Shown piece after piece: positions 36,668-46,593 of a stretch of DNA of 64,000 bases. A program made the position numbers and the translations under genes. Position 1 is the stretch's first letter; every line of letters starts with the position of its first letter. The stretch lies in the NCBI GenBank assembly GCA_964460115.1, contig CAYWPR010000010.1, positions 14,730-78,729 of the forward strand, given 5' to 3'. The notes beneath the pieces are model-generated. The model did not search any database and was not told where the DNA came from. It was given only the letters and a program-made list of their open reading frames with translations. This DNA is from an uncultured Myxococcales bacterium (GTDB lineage Bacteria > Myxococcota_A > Polyangia > Palsa-1104 > JAEUJZ01).

Positions 36668-37735
36668 TCAACCGCCCATAATTTTGCCGATGATAAATAG
36701 GATGAGCAGCAGGCCGATGATTCCGCCGCCGGTCATGGCAACCCAGAACAGCCAGCCTCGATCTGCGGCGGCAGCCGGCTCAAAGGGCGGCAAAACCACC
36801 TGCACCGTTTCGGATTGAATGTCGCTGCCGCCGCTGTGAAAAGCCACCTGAAGGGCATGCTGCGCGTTGTCACCGGTGCTGGTCAAGCTGAACGTGACGA
36901 CGCGGGCGCCATACAAGCCGTCGATGGTTTGCACGAAGCGCTCGGAAATATCCTCTGCCGTTTTGCAGCCGCGGGCCGTGCCGCCAGATTGACGCGAGAT
37001 TTCGATGAGCGAACGCAGCCGCCCCGGCTCAAAGGGCGCAAAGCCAACGCTATCGATGATGATGCCGGCATCGTGGGCCCGCCGACCGACATCGGCAAAT
37101 GCATCTTTGCCCTGCTGTCCGTCGATTCCATCGGAAAACAAGATGACGCGGCGACGCCGATCCGTATGCTCACGCGCCAGATCAATGGCCACGCGCAACG
37201 CATCCACCATGCGCACCTCGCTGGCCTCTTGATCAATTTTGAGCTTATCGAGATCGCGCGCGATTTCTTTGGGCCGGCCAAGTTCTTCGAGCCGTTTGAC
37301 TTCGTTGGCGTAGCCGATGATGCCCAGCCGGCTGTCCGGGTGATGTTTGCCAAGCAGCTTGGCCAGCCGCGAGATGCCTTCGCGTACATGCCGCATCGCC
37401 GGTTCCATCACCGGCGACAACTGCACCACGACGACTACGTCCAGCGGCTCCTTGGCTTCTAAAAATGGCGTCACCGAAATGGTCAAGTCTTTCTGCTCGA
37501 CCTGGTCGAGCAGAAGCTTGTAGCCGCTGTTACCGCTCAGCACTTTGCCATCGCCGTCGATGACCGAGACATAAGTCTTTAGCTGAGGCAGCTTGTCGGT
37601 CTGTACCCCTTCAAGATGAACTTTGATATCGTCGGCCCAAGCCATCTTGGCCGGGGCCGGGCAGAGCCCGCCAAGCAAACAGACGGAAAGAGCGGCCAAG
37701 ATTCGAAACCGGCGCATCAGATGACCTCGCGTCAA
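36668..37735 (-). CDS. von Willebrand factor A (VWA) domain protein with signal peptide and C-terminal TM anchor
   Basis: The VWA core reads DVVVVVQLSPVM...ILFSDGIDGQ. The C-terminal hydrophobic stretch is WLFWVAMTGGGIIGLLLILFIIG. Confidence 0.75.
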   Translation of the reverse strand: MTRGHLMRRFRILAALSVCLLGGLCPAPAKMAWADDIKVHLEGVQTDKLPQLKTYVSVIDGDGKVLSGNSGYKLLLDQVEQKDLTISVTPFLEAKEPLDVVVVVQLSPVMEPAMRHVREGISRLAKLLGKHHPDSRLGIIGYANEVKRLEELGRPKEIARDLDKLKIDQEASEVRMVDALRVAIDLAREHTDRRRRVILFSDGIDGQQGKDAFADVGRRAHDAGIIIDSVGFAPFEPGRLRSLIEISRQSGGTARGCKTAEDISERFVQTIDGLYGARVVTFSLTSTGDNAQHALQVAFHSGGSDIQSETVQVVLPPFEPAAAADRGWLFWVAMTGGGIIGLLLILFIIGKIMGG

Positions 37736-37845
37736 TCAAAGAGACTTGGGGCCATCTTAGCAGTTTCTTTTCGCATCCGGCGCAGCGGTTGTCAGGAATT
37801 CATGAACCGGCGCTGCCACTGCCACTCTTTCTTGCCTGACTTTGT

Positions 37846-38649
37846 TTATTCGTCGGCTGGGTCCAGGCTTTCCAGCGATTGCTCCAACGTATCCGCTTCC
37901 TCGTTTTGCCCAAGCGCCCGCAGCACATCGGCAAGCTGAAAACCGGCGGCCAGTTTTTCTTCGAAATCGCCAGCTTCACAGGCGACTTTATAGTAGCGAC
38001 GGCTCAGCGACTCGGCGCGCTTCAAGTCGCCACAGCCTTCATATACCATCGATGAAACCGCCAGGGCATGCAGGTCTTCAGGGGCGGTAGCAAGCCATTT
38101 GTCGGCCGCGGCACGCGCCTGCTCGGGACGGCCGGCGCGCAAAAGCAAAAGGGCGCGGTTGCCCAGGTATGCGCCATGTTCGTCTTGTGCCAGTTCGGTC
38201 CACGCCGCGTGCATGGCCAAGGCCTCATCGCCGCGCCCGACATCCGCCAAATCAAAGATGACCGTGGACAGCCATTCCAGCAGGCCGTAATTGCAGTGTG
38301 CCTCTAGCGCAACCACCTGTTCAGAACGGCCGTGCAAGGCGGTGCGCAAGCGCTTCTCAAGCTGTAGATAACGCTCGCGAGTTGGTTCATCAAAAGGCTG
38401 ATGCACCGCCCCGCAATGCGCGCAATCCTCGTCGCTTTGCGGATCGTGGTCATGCTCCTTGGTCGCCATTTCCTCAAGCAGCTTATCCGCTTGGCCACAA
38501 ACCACCGCCGCCTCATCCGCCAGGGGCCGCAGATCGGCATCAACCGCCGGCGGCTGCCATTCTGTATCCGTATCCATATCCGTGTGTGTCTCAGTATGCA
38601 TGGGGGGAGATTTACTCGGCCCGATCCATTGTTCAAGCAACTTGTGCAA
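37846..38649 (-). CDS. TPR-repeat protein
   Basis: Helical repeat content with TPR-like A/Y/L spacing is present, plus an acidic His/Thr/Asp-rich N-terminus. Confidence 0.55.
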   Translation of the reverse strand: MHKLLEQWIGPSKSPPMHTETHTDMDTDTEWQPPAVDADLRPLADEAAVVCGQADKLLEEMATKEHDHDPQSDEDCAHCGAVHQPFDEPTRERYLQLEKRLRTALHGRSEQVVALEAHCNYGLLEWLSTVIFDLADVGRGDEALAMHAAWTELAQDEHGAYLGNRALLLLRAGRPEQARAAADKWLATAPEDLHALAVSSMVYEGCGDLKRAESLSRRYYKVACEAGDFEEKLAAGFQLADVLRALGQNEEADTLEQSLESLDPADE

Positions 38650-38702
38650 ATGCTATCGCCCAAGCACGCGGCAAAGGCACGGGCGCCTCCTCGCTTTAGG
38701 CC

Positions 38703-41357
38703 TTGAATGTGCGGCACGCATTCTCGCGAGCTGCTGATATTCTAGATGTCACCATGATGTCCGGACCTGCGGATCCGAAGTCCTCGCAAGCGCAACCAAG
38801 CTGGGTGGTTGGTCCGCCGGTGGCTCCGGCCAGCCGTCTGGGCCAGCTTATCGACGGTGAGTTTCTAATAAAGAGCATCCTTGGACAAGGCGAGCTCGGA
38901 GTCACCTACGAAGCCGACAACACCCGCCATAAACGCCGGTTCGCGGTGCTGATGCTCAGCCGCGGGCTAAAGCCTACACATGCCATGATGCTGGCGGTCC
39001 GCGATGATCTGCGACACGGGCAGCAACTGTCGGCCGCAGGCCTTATGCCGGTCAAAGCGATCGCCGATCGCGATGGCATTCCTGGCTTTGCCACCGAGCT
39101 TGTCGACGGCGAAACGCTGCGCAGCCGTTTGGGCCGCGGACCGCTGCGGGTCGAACGGGCGCTGGCCATCGCGCTCAGTTTGGCGCGGACCCTAGAAGCG
39201 GCCCACAAAGTTGGGCTCATACATGGCGATTTGCGCCCCGAAAATATTTTCTTGGTCCGCCCCGAAGCCAAAAGCGCCTTCGCCGGCAAGGTCATGGTCG
39301 TCGAACACGCGATGCATCACCTGCGCCGAAGAACTCCGGGCTTAGACGATCGGCTGCCTCTATACAAGCTGATGTATCGGCCCCCCGAGCAAGTCCTTGG
39401 CGAAGCCGGCGCCAGCGAGCAGGGCGACGTCTGGGTACTTGGAGCCATTTTGTATGAGTGCCTGACCGGCAAGCCGGCTTTTTACGCCGAAGAGCCAGAG
39501 TTTGTCCTCGATAATCTAGGACAAGCGCCACCGCCGCTGCAGCCTAATGCCGCCACCGGTCTTAGCGCCGAGCTGGCCGCGGCTTTCAATCTGCTTATCG
39601 CGAGCAGCTCGGCTCGAGCCCTGGAAAGCCGCGTCGCCAATATGACGGAACTGCGCGAGGGCATTGAACAGCTTGTGCGCGGCGCGCGGCTATTTTTGCC
39701 CGAAGTTCTGGTCGAGTCGCACAAGGAAGCAGCCACATCTGCCCAGCCGGCAAGCACCTCCAATCGGCGAATGAATCAACTGCTGCAGCGGCTGTCCGGG
39801 GTGTTTCCGCAGATTCCGCTTGTCGGCTCCGGGACTTCGTCGACGACTGACGCCACCGCCGCACCGCCTGCTACGCAGGGACAAGCATCGACGCAGGCTA
39901 GTGATCGCCCGACGACACAGCCCAAGCTAGTTCCGCTAGAACCCATTACTCCGGCCAAGGAGCGGGTCAATCGCATCCTGTCCAGATTGTCTGGGGCCTA
40001 TCCGACCACGGATGCGACACCGCAGACGCGGCCACCGATTGCCGATGCTCCGCTGGCGGGGCTATTTGCAGATTCGGCCCTATTGCCGAACCCGCCTGTG
40101 GATCCAGCGGCCCCCTCGCCACCTGCGCAGCCGAACTCACCGGCCGTGCCGGCCGCTCCGAACGTCCCGAGCGCGCCCGCGGCCCCCGCCGAACCGGCTG
40201 AAGCATCCCCGCCGGCCCCGCCGGCCGCACCGACTCCGCCGGCGCTCCCTGAAGCCCTTGCAGCAGTTGATACACCGACGCTGCCGCCGCGAGTACTGCC
40301 AATCTCGCAGCCCCTGCAAACTGTGGCGCCAGATTCAGTACCGCTCAGCGAGCAGTTGACAAGGCCAGCGATCATTCCGCTCTCCCAGTGGCCAAGTCCG
40401 CCCGCCAAAGCCGATGGGCCCGCCGCTGCCGTTTTGCTACAAGCCAGTGAGAGCGAGGAAGCGGTGGCTGATTCTGCCAAGCCCTCGCAAGAAACGCCGA
40501 CCTCGGCCAAAACCCCGCAACTGCTTCGTATCGAGGAGCGCCCCACCCGAGTGGACAGCACCCTGCCGGCGGCGCTGCTCGCGCCGCTGTCCGATCCTGC
40601 GCTGCCTACGCTGCACGTGTTCGCCAGTCTTCCGACGATGCCGAATTTGGCTGAAATTGCCGAGACGATTCATCCGTTAGGCGCTTCGGCATCTGAGCGC
40701 TTGCATGCACAAGCGACCCAGCCGGCGCTGCAGCGTTTACCCATCAATGAAAAAGCCACGCAGGCCAAACTGGATGCGCTGAGCCCGACCGTCATGGCTC
40801 CCTCTACCCCGACCGCGGTGTTGCCGATGCAAAGCGCCGCCTCTCATACATCGACCCTGTCTGCCCATCCTTCATTGATTGAAATATCGACGCTGGAACC
40901 TCTGCCGCTGGGCAATTCGGAACAGAAAGTTTCGGCCGAGCCGCTTACGCCGCCGCCGCTACCGATTTCGTCGCCGCTGCTGCCCGTGCCGCCACCAATG
41001 CCCGCAGCGGCCGCCGCGCCGCCAGCCGCCGAAACGACGGAGGACGAAAAGCAGCGGGCGCCGCGAGTTTCGCAACTGATTGCAGCGTTGCAAGCGCAGC
41101 AGATGCCGCCGCCCGCTGCGTCGCCACCTGACGAACCTCGACGGCGAATGTCGCCGGGGTTGATTGCGCCCGCACCCGACATTTTTGCGCCGGTCCAGAT
41201 TATGCGGCTCTCAAGCTCGAATGAAACTCAGGTTGCACCCGCCGAACAGCGAGGCGCCCTGGCCTGGGTGTTACGCCATCAAGAAGCCGTCGCCGCACTG
41301 GCGGGCGCGCTTTTGGTCATCCTTGGAGTGCTCGTTTATCTGCTATTTCACGCCTAA
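38703..41357 (+). CDS. Ser/Thr-kinase-like protein (probably a pseudokinase: no beta3 Lys, no DFG) with a >500-aa Pro/Ala-rich linker and a C-terminal TM tail anchor
   Basis: Motifs present: GELGVTYEAD, HGDLRPENIFLV and YRPPEQ. VAIK and DFG are missing. The C-terminal ALAGALLVILGVLVYLLF is a TM helix. An (N)xLLxRLSGxxP motif is duplicated. Confidence 0.7.
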   Translation: MNVRHAFSRAADILDVTMMSGPADPKSSQAQPSWVVGPPVAPASRLGQLIDGEFLIKSILGQGELGVTYEADNTRHKRRFAVLMLSRGLKPTHAMMLAVRDDLRHGQQLSAAGLMPVKAIADRDGIPGFATELVDGETLRSRLGRGPLRVERALAIALSLARTLEAAHKVGLIHGDLRPENIFLVRPEAKSAFAGKVMVVEHAMHHLRRRTPGLDDRLPLYKLMYRPPEQVLGEAGASEQGDVWVLGAILYECLTGKPAFYAEEPEFVLDNLGQAPPPLQPNAATGLSAELAAAFNLLIASSSARALESRVANMTELREGIEQLVRGARLFLPEVLVESHKEAATSAQPASTSNRRMNQLLQRLSGVFPQIPLVGSGTSSTTDATAAPPATQGQASTQASDRPTTQPKLVPLEPITPAKERVNRILSRLSGAYPTTDATPQTRPPIADAPLAGLFADSALLPNPPVDPAAPSPPAQPNSPAVPAAPNVPSAPAAPAEPAEASPPAPPAAPTPPALPEALAAVDTPTLPPRVLPISQPLQTVAPDSVPLSEQLTRPAIIPLSQWPSPPAKADGPAAAVLLQASESEEAVADSAKPSQETPTSAKTPQLLRIEERPTRVDSTLPAALLAPLSDPALPTLHVFASLPTMPNLAEIAETIHPLGASASERLHAQATQPALQRLPINEKATQAKLDALSPTVMAPSTPTAVLPMQSAASHTSTLSAHPSLIEISTLEPLPLGNSEQKVSAEPLTPPPLPISSPLLPVPPPMPAAAAAPPAAETTEDEKQRAPRVSQLIAALQAQQMPPPAASPPDEPRRRMSPGLIAPAPDIFAPVQIMRLSSSNETQVAPAEQRGALAWVLRHQEAVAALAGALLVILGVLVYLLFHA

Positions 41358-41361
41358 GCCA

Positions 41362-41389
41362 GGCGTTCGAAAAAATTTTTCGAACGGCC
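41362..41389. terminator. Near-perfect palindromic hairpin (GGCGTTCGAAAAA a TTTTTCGAACGgCC) 5 nt after the kinase stop
   Basis: An inverted repeat of ~12 bp with an A6/T5 core was read from the sequence. It could be a factor-independent terminator or a protein binding site. Confidence 0.5.
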
Positions 41390-41450
41390 TGTAATAACCA
41401 GGGCCGCCGCAACCTAAGGATGAGAACCGATCCTTTTGTGAGGAGAACCC

Positions 41451-42167
41451 ATGCCATCGTCTTGCGAGACAAAAATTTTGAATACGCAGCCCGTCTGCTG
41501 GCAGCGAGTCGTGCACACGTTTACGCAGCGCGAAGAAAAATTCGTATTTCGTCCGCTGGACGAGGACGACATCGCCAAAGTTGCGGAACTGTACCGTCGC
41601 TACTATTCGCATCTATACATGACGACTCGGCACGATTTTCATGACGAAAATTTTTACCGCGCCGAAGTTGCCCTGCTTTCCAATTGGACCGAGGATGCGG
41701 CAAAAAAGCTGTTTTTTATCGGCGTCATTGAGCGAGTCGCCAACAAAGAAATTGTCATGGCCTTTGGCGCCGTGCGCGATCGCTACGATCGGGTCGTGCA
41801 AAGCTTGGCAGTGGTTGTAAAGCCCGAGCATCGCGGGCAGCACATTACCCGCCATTATTCGCGTTATATGGATGAGCTTTTTGAAAGCTCGGGCGCCGAC
41901 TGCGTCTGGGGCACCATCGATGCCAAGGACGTCGCCGCGCAGCGAATTTCCCTGCATACCGGCTGCCAAGTCGGAGGGTTTATGCCCGGCGTATTTCGCT
42001 GGTCCTTTGATCGGCAAACTTACTATCGAGATATGCTGATTTACTTTTATAAGTACTATAACGGCGCAGAAAAATACTCGACGAAGCCGGCGGATTGGGT
42101 GGTGGATCGCACCTGCTACGAAAAGATTCAAGAACTGCTACAGCAGGTCACTCCGCAGGACAGCTAA
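41451..42167 (+). CDS. Hypothetical protein, possible GNAT-fold acyltransferase
   Basis: A weak GNAT motif-A-like segment VVVKPEHRGQHITRHY is present. No strong signature was found. Confidence 0.4.
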   Translation: MPSSCETKILNTQPVCWQRVVHTFTQREEKFVFRPLDEDDIAKVAELYRRYYSHLYMTTRHDFHDENFYRAEVALLSNWTEDAAKKLFFIGVIERVANKEIVMAFGAVRDRYDRVVQSLAVVVKPEHRGQHITRHYSRYMDELFESSGADCVWGTIDAKDVAAQRISLHTGCQVGGFMPGVFRWSFDRQTYYRDMLIYFYKYYNGAEKYSTKPADWVVDRTCYEKIQELLQQVTPQDS

Positions 42168-42844
42168 GATTCGGCGATTTCGGTTTCCGTCTCGCGGCAG
42201 GGCACGCCTGGGACGCAGGAATCATACAGACTCAGCGCTGGGCTTCCGATTTGTCGGCGCCGCAGCCAGTTCTCTTTGGGAAATTCCAGCCCGACGGCGC
42301 ATAAAACGATAGGGCGGCGCCGCGCAACGGCATGCAGCCTACCCAAAACTTGGGTCATCATCTTGCCGTTAAAAGGAGCGTATAAAAAAAATACCGAACC
42401 ATCGAGCGCGACATCAGCGGCGTCGGCATGAAAAAAAGTGACTTCGTGCAGGGCCAGTTCCTCAGCATATGCTTTGGCGCACTTTACAAGCGGCGCCTGA
42501 ATTTCGATGCCGCAAGCACGCGCGCCGGAAAGCAAGTGGGCCAGGATGACCACCCGCCCAAGGCCTGCGCCAAGGTCCACAAGCTCGTCATCTTGTCGCA
42601 GCGGTACGTGCTTGACCATCGCCAAAATCTCGTCCACCTCGCAGGGCCAATAGGGCACCGCACCGGGCGGTAGATTCGCAATGTCCGGTGGCGGCTCTGA
42701 AAAACCAAGCAGCTCGTCGGTAAAAGCGTCGCGTGCAAAAGGCGAGACGGCCAGAAGCTGTGTCCAAAGTGCCGCGCCGCGCAGTGCACCCGACTGTAGC
42801 GCCGCACGGGCCACGCGAGCTTTTCGAACGAGATCTTGGTTCAT
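42164..42844 (-). CDS. Class I SAM-dependent methyltransferase
   Basis: Motif I reads VDLGAGLGRVVILAH. An acidic motif II is present. Confidence 0.7.
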   Translation of the reverse strand: MNQDLVRKARVARAALQSGALRGAALWTQLLAVSPFARDAFTDELLGFSEPPPDIANLPPGAVPYWPCEVDEILAMVKHVPLRQDDELVDLGAGLGRVVILAHLLSGARACGIEIQAPLVKCAKAYAEELALHEVTFFHADAADVALDGSVFFLYAPFNGKMMTQVLGRLHAVARRRPIVLCAVGLEFPKENWLRRRQIGSPALSLYDSCVPGVPCRETETEIAES

Positions 42845-42887
42845 GGCGTAGCGTTTTCGAAAAACCGCGCGGCTTTCTCACCCCGCT

Positions 42888-43703
42888 TCAGGTTCCGCTA
42901 AACTCCGGAGGGCGCTTCATAAAGAAGGCGCTCATGCCTTCCATACAATCTTTGCTGCGCAAAAGTTTCATTTGCTCGACCACTTCGCCTTCCAGCGCTT
43001 GCTCCAGACTGCCATCGAGCGCCGCGTAGACCGACCGCTTGATGGCACGCAAAGCCAGCGGCGCGCCTTGGGCCAGACGCTGCACAATTTCAAAGGCCGT
43101 ATCAAAGTCGCTACAAATGCGGTTTAAAAGGCCGAGCCGCGCGGCTTCCTCGGCTTCGATGGCATCGCCAAGCAGCATCATCTCTAGCGCCTTGCTGACG
43201 CCGATGAGCCGCGGCAAGGTATAGGTGCTGCCGCCATCGGGCATTAAGCCGCGCTTCACAAATAGCTCGGCAAAGCTCGCTCGCGTCGTGCCAAGGCGCA
43301 GGTCACAGGCCAAAGCCAGGTCGCAGCCGAATCCCACCGCCGGACCGTTCAAAAAAGCCACCACCGGCTTTTCGACACGCCGCACCGCGCGTATTAGCGC
43401 ATGAAAATGCTGCCGCATGTGCTGTTCCCCAACAGAGCCTACCGCCGCATCATCCGCCCCCTGCAGCGATTGAAATAGGACCATTCCGACTTTCAGATCC
43501 AGGCCAGAGCAAAACGCTTCGCCGCGGCCGCTTAGCAGCACCGCGCGCACCGCTTGGTCACGACCGGCCGCGTCAAGCGCATCTACAAGCGCCGTGCAAA
43601 GCTCAAGGGTTAAGCCATTTTTCGACTGCGGACGATTTAGCGTCAAGCAGCGGATGGCACCTTTATTGGTCACTTCCAGATCGGAAAAGGCTATATCGGT
43701 CAT
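42888..43703 (-). CDS. Enoyl-CoA hydratase/isomerase family protein
   Basis: The crotonase fold is present (AVLLSGRGEAFCSGLDL, AFLNGPAVGFGCDLALACD). Confidence 0.8.
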   Translation of the reverse strand: MTDIAFSDLEVTNKGAIRCLTLNRPQSKNGLTLELCTALVDALDAAGRDQAVRAVLLSGRGEAFCSGLDLKVGMVLFQSLQGADDAAVGSVGEQHMRQHFHALIRAVRRVEKPVVAFLNGPAVGFGCDLALACDLRLGTTRASFAELFVKRGLMPDGGSTYTLPRLIGVSKALEMMLLGDAIEAEEAARLGLLNRICSDFDTAFEIVQRLAQGAPLALRAIKRSVYAALDGSLEQALEGEVVEQMKLLRSKDCMEGMSAFFMKRPPEFSGT

Positions 43704-44863
43704 GGCACCTCTTTGGCCTCTTTAGAGGAGGCAACTGGGTCTACGGAAAATTGTTCGGAAGAGGTCGCAACGGTGCGGCCCTGATAAAACGGAGTCTCGG
43801 TATACATATCGATAAGACGCGGCAGCACAACCTTTAGCACCGCCGCCACGGGCACCGCCAAAAGCAGCCCGGCGTAGCCGAGTAGACTGCCGCCTAGACT
43901 TAGCGCAAAGATCACGCCGACGGCCGAAAGGCCAATGCGCCCGCCAACGGCGCGCGGAGTGATGACCACTGCGTCTAGTAGTTGCACCGCGCCAAACGTC
44001 AAAAGCACGCCTAAAATCGGTGTGGCGCCGCGACTGGAAGCGCTAAGCAGCGCCATGGCCAGTGCCAAAAGCAGTCCTATCGAGACGCCCACGTAGGGCA
44101 CAAAAGCCAGAAATCCGGCGGTGCAGCCAATGACGATGGCCAGCGGAATGCCGGTTAACGACAAACCTATAGAGTACAGCGCCGCCTGAATTAGCATGAC
44201 GGTAATCTGACCGCGCAGCCAGCCGCCAAGCGCCACTTGAATGTCATGCATGACGGCGCTGGCGGTCAGTTGATGCCGCGGTGGAACCAGGCGGCGCAGG
44301 CCATCTGTCATGTCGGGCATATCCATCAAAAAGGACACCGCGAAGATCGGCACCAGCAGCACGGCAAGGACAATGCGAAAAAATCCCGCAACGCTAAGCA
44401 AAGCCGAGCCGACAGCCCCGGAAATCTCACCCGCGGCGCCACGCGCCCAATCGCCCAGGCGGTCGGAAAACAGCCGCATGTAGTCGTTTACGCTGGCGGC
44501 GCGGGTCTTTAGAACTTTTCCCAGCATCGGCAGCACTCGAGTGTCGAGGAGCTTTTTGTAGGCGGGAATTTGCTGCGCGAAATGATCAAATTCCTGACTG
44601 ACCAAATGCGGCAAAGTCAGAACAATCGCCGTCAAAAGTCCGACAAAAGTCAGAACCATGCCGACCACCGCCAGCCAGCGCGGAACGCCGCGCGCTTCCA
44701 GCGCCTGGACTGCCGGATCCAGCAAAAACGCCACGACCAGGGCCACGCCCACCGGCGCCAGCACCATCGACAAGCGCGACATCACGGTCCACGCCAGCGA
44801 ACAAAGAACGATGTACAGAAGCAATCGAAACAAAAATAGGGTTAGGCGGCGATCGTCTATCAT
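43700..44863 (-). CDS. AI-2E family transporter (PerM/TqsA-like)
   Basis: Eight TM helices are present. AI-2E-type sequence is visible (GLSLTGIPLAIVIGCTAGFLAFVPYVG). Confidence 0.8.
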   Translation of the reverse strand: MIDDRRLTLFLFRLLLYIVLCSLAWTVMSRLSMVLAPVGVALVVAFLLDPAVQALEARGVPRWLAVVGMVLTFVGLLTAIVLTLPHLVSQEFDHFAQQIPAYKKLLDTRVLPMLGKVLKTRAASVNDYMRLFSDRLGDWARGAAGEISGAVGSALLSVAGFFRIVLAVLLVPIFAVSFLMDMPDMTDGLRRLVPPRHQLTASAVMHDIQVALGGWLRGQITVMLIQAALYSIGLSLTGIPLAIVIGCTAGFLAFVPYVGVSIGLLLALAMALLSASSRGATPILGVLLTFGAVQLLDAVVITPRAVGGRIGLSAVGVIFALSLGGSLLGYAGLLLAVPVAAVLKVVLPRLIDMYTETPFYQGRTVATSSEQFSVDPVASSKEAKEVP

Positions 44864-44872
44864 GCTCCCGTA

Positions 44873-46558
44873 TTATCTCCGCTTGCCCGTCGAGCGCCAT
44901 CGGAATTTGGCCAGACGGGCCAGCCAGGTGACGGCTTCTTGCGGGGTTAGATGTCGAAAAATCTGACGATATACTGCGGGATGGCGCGCTGCGGTGGCCA
45001 GCATGAAGCGCACAAAGCTCGGCGCATCGACTTCGTCCTGCAAAAAAGCGGCGTAGGTCGAATCGCCCTGCTCCAAAAGTGTGGCAAAGGCCGCGTTTAA
45101 AAGCTGGTTGATGGCATTTTGATGCGCCAACGCGTCCTCGACCGAAGGCATCATCATCAAAGTCAGCCCGCCCATCACTTGAAGCGCCGGCGGTTCAAGA
45201 TTTGTCCACAGCGCATGCAGAGTGGAATGTTCCAGCTCGTCCTTGGCAAGCAGCCGAATCAGCCCCTGGCTGATGGGCCAGAAGGAACGAATCATCGAAC
45301 CAAATCCGCAAAACGTCAGCGGAGAATGACGCGCCGCCGCATCGCCAACTAGTAGCACGCGCCGATTCGGAGTCGCTGGCATGGGACCAAGCCGCGTGTA
45401 GGCCGGAATATAGCCATAGGTCGGCCGTACAAGCTGCAGGGTTCCGCTTTTATAGCGCGGCAGGGTGCTAAAAAATCGCTCATACAGGCCGAGAAGCGGA
45501 TGCTCTCCGGCGGCAATCGCGTCACGAAGCTGCTCTGCGCGCTGGTAATAAAAAAGATAGATGGTCATGGCGCCTGGCTTTGGCGCTGGAAAGCCTTCCC
45601 AAATGTGCTGCTGCTCTTCTTCTATGCCCTCGGTGGTGATTAAAATCTCACCGACTTCGGGATCCAGTTCTTGGGGCGCGGTGCCTAGGGTCAGCCCCTC
45701 CATTACGCCACCCACCGTTGGACAGCACAAATCAAAGCGGGCGTGCGGGCTGTGGGCGCCAAGCGCGTCGATAAATAGCCGCGCAAACATTCCGCGTCTC
45801 TGCGCTGGCGCCGCCACCGAAGCAGTCTCGACATACACGCCGTCGTGCGCGACACGATATCCCGTCAGCGCATGCATCTCCAAAAGCGTCGCCCCGGCAT
45901 CTAGGGCAATTCGGCGCAGACTTTGCAAAAAGGCAGCGGCATCGATCACGCAATCCAAAACATTGCGCACTGGATAGGCCGGCCCCTCGGCAAATCGGCA
46001 AATGCCGATGCGGTACTGCATTGCGATGAGTGCGTCGACCTCTTCCTGCGTAAAAAGGCCAGAGACGACAAGCGGCAAAAGCTCGCGCTTTGAGATGTTC
46101 CATTCGCGATGGCCAAAGCCGATTCGTCCTCGATCAAAGACGCAGACGCGAAGCCCGGCGCGGGCCAGAGTTGCGGCATAAATAAGCGACAGGCCGCCTC
46201 CAGCCAATACGACATCAAATTGCGGCACAGACCGAGAAAGCTTGCTCAGATCGCCTAGCTCACCTCCCGAGCTCGTCAGTGCATGCGCGCGGCTTTTAGA
46301 AAAACCCTGCTCCAGGGCCAAAAGATGATCTAGAGCATCGAGCCCCGAAAACGCCGGGTTTGGCGGCCCATCTGCGCCTTGTTTCATCCCAGTCCTTGCC
46401 GGAATGCTTGCAAATGCAGCAACGGTGCGCGGAAAACGTGACTTCAAAGCATCGCGTAGCACAGACCCTCTTTTCTTACTGCACGGGCGCAAAAGGTTAT
46501 GCGAAGATAGGCGCGAATGCGAATCCCTGTGCCCATGCATGGGGCTGCCCATTTTCAA
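44873..46558 (-). CDS. FAD-dependent oxidoreductase (lycopene-cyclase / geranylgeranyl-reductase-like). The start is likely the internal ATG near 46387.
   Basis: A dinucleotide-binding motif FDVVLAGGGLSLIYAATLARAGLRVCVFD and a second GD/LLVGDAAARHSP motif are present. Confidence 0.55.
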   Translation of the reverse strand: MKMGSPMHGHRDSHSRLSSHNLLRPCSKKRGSVLRDALKSRFPRTVAAFASIPARTGMKQGADGPPNPAFSGLDALDHLLALEQGFSKSRAHALTSSGGELGDLSKLSRSVPQFDVVLAGGGLSLIYAATLARAGLRVCVFDRGRIGFGHREWNISKRELLPLVVSGLFTQEEVDALIAMQYRIGICRFAEGPAYPVRNVLDCVIDAAAFLQSLRRIALDAGATLLEMHALTGYRVAHDGVYVETASVAAPAQRRGMFARLFIDALGAHSPHARFDLCCPTVGGVMEGLTLGTAPQELDPEVGEILITTEGIEEEQQHIWEGFPAPKPGAMTIYLFYYQRAEQLRDAIAAGEHPLLGLYERFFSTLPRYKSGTLQLVRPTYGYIPAYTRLGPMPATPNRRVLLVGDAAARHSPLTFCGFGSMIRSFWPISQGLIRLLAKDELEHSTLHALWTNLEPPALQVMGGLTLMMMPSVEDALAHQNAINQLLNAAFATLLEQGDSTYAAFLQDEVDAPSFVRFMLATAARHPAVYRQIFRHLTPQEAVTWLARLAKFRWRSTGKRR

Positions 46559-46593
46559 GAACTACTTCAGCCACTTCCAGGTGACAACGCATC

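Noticed and set aside
39998-40561. Gly/Ala-rich 187-aa ORF on the minus strand, and several 60–110-aa ORFs between 39292 and 40680
   Set aside because: They are antisense to the Pro/Ala-rich linker of the 884-aa kinase-like gene. High GC plus low complexity generates long spurious frames.
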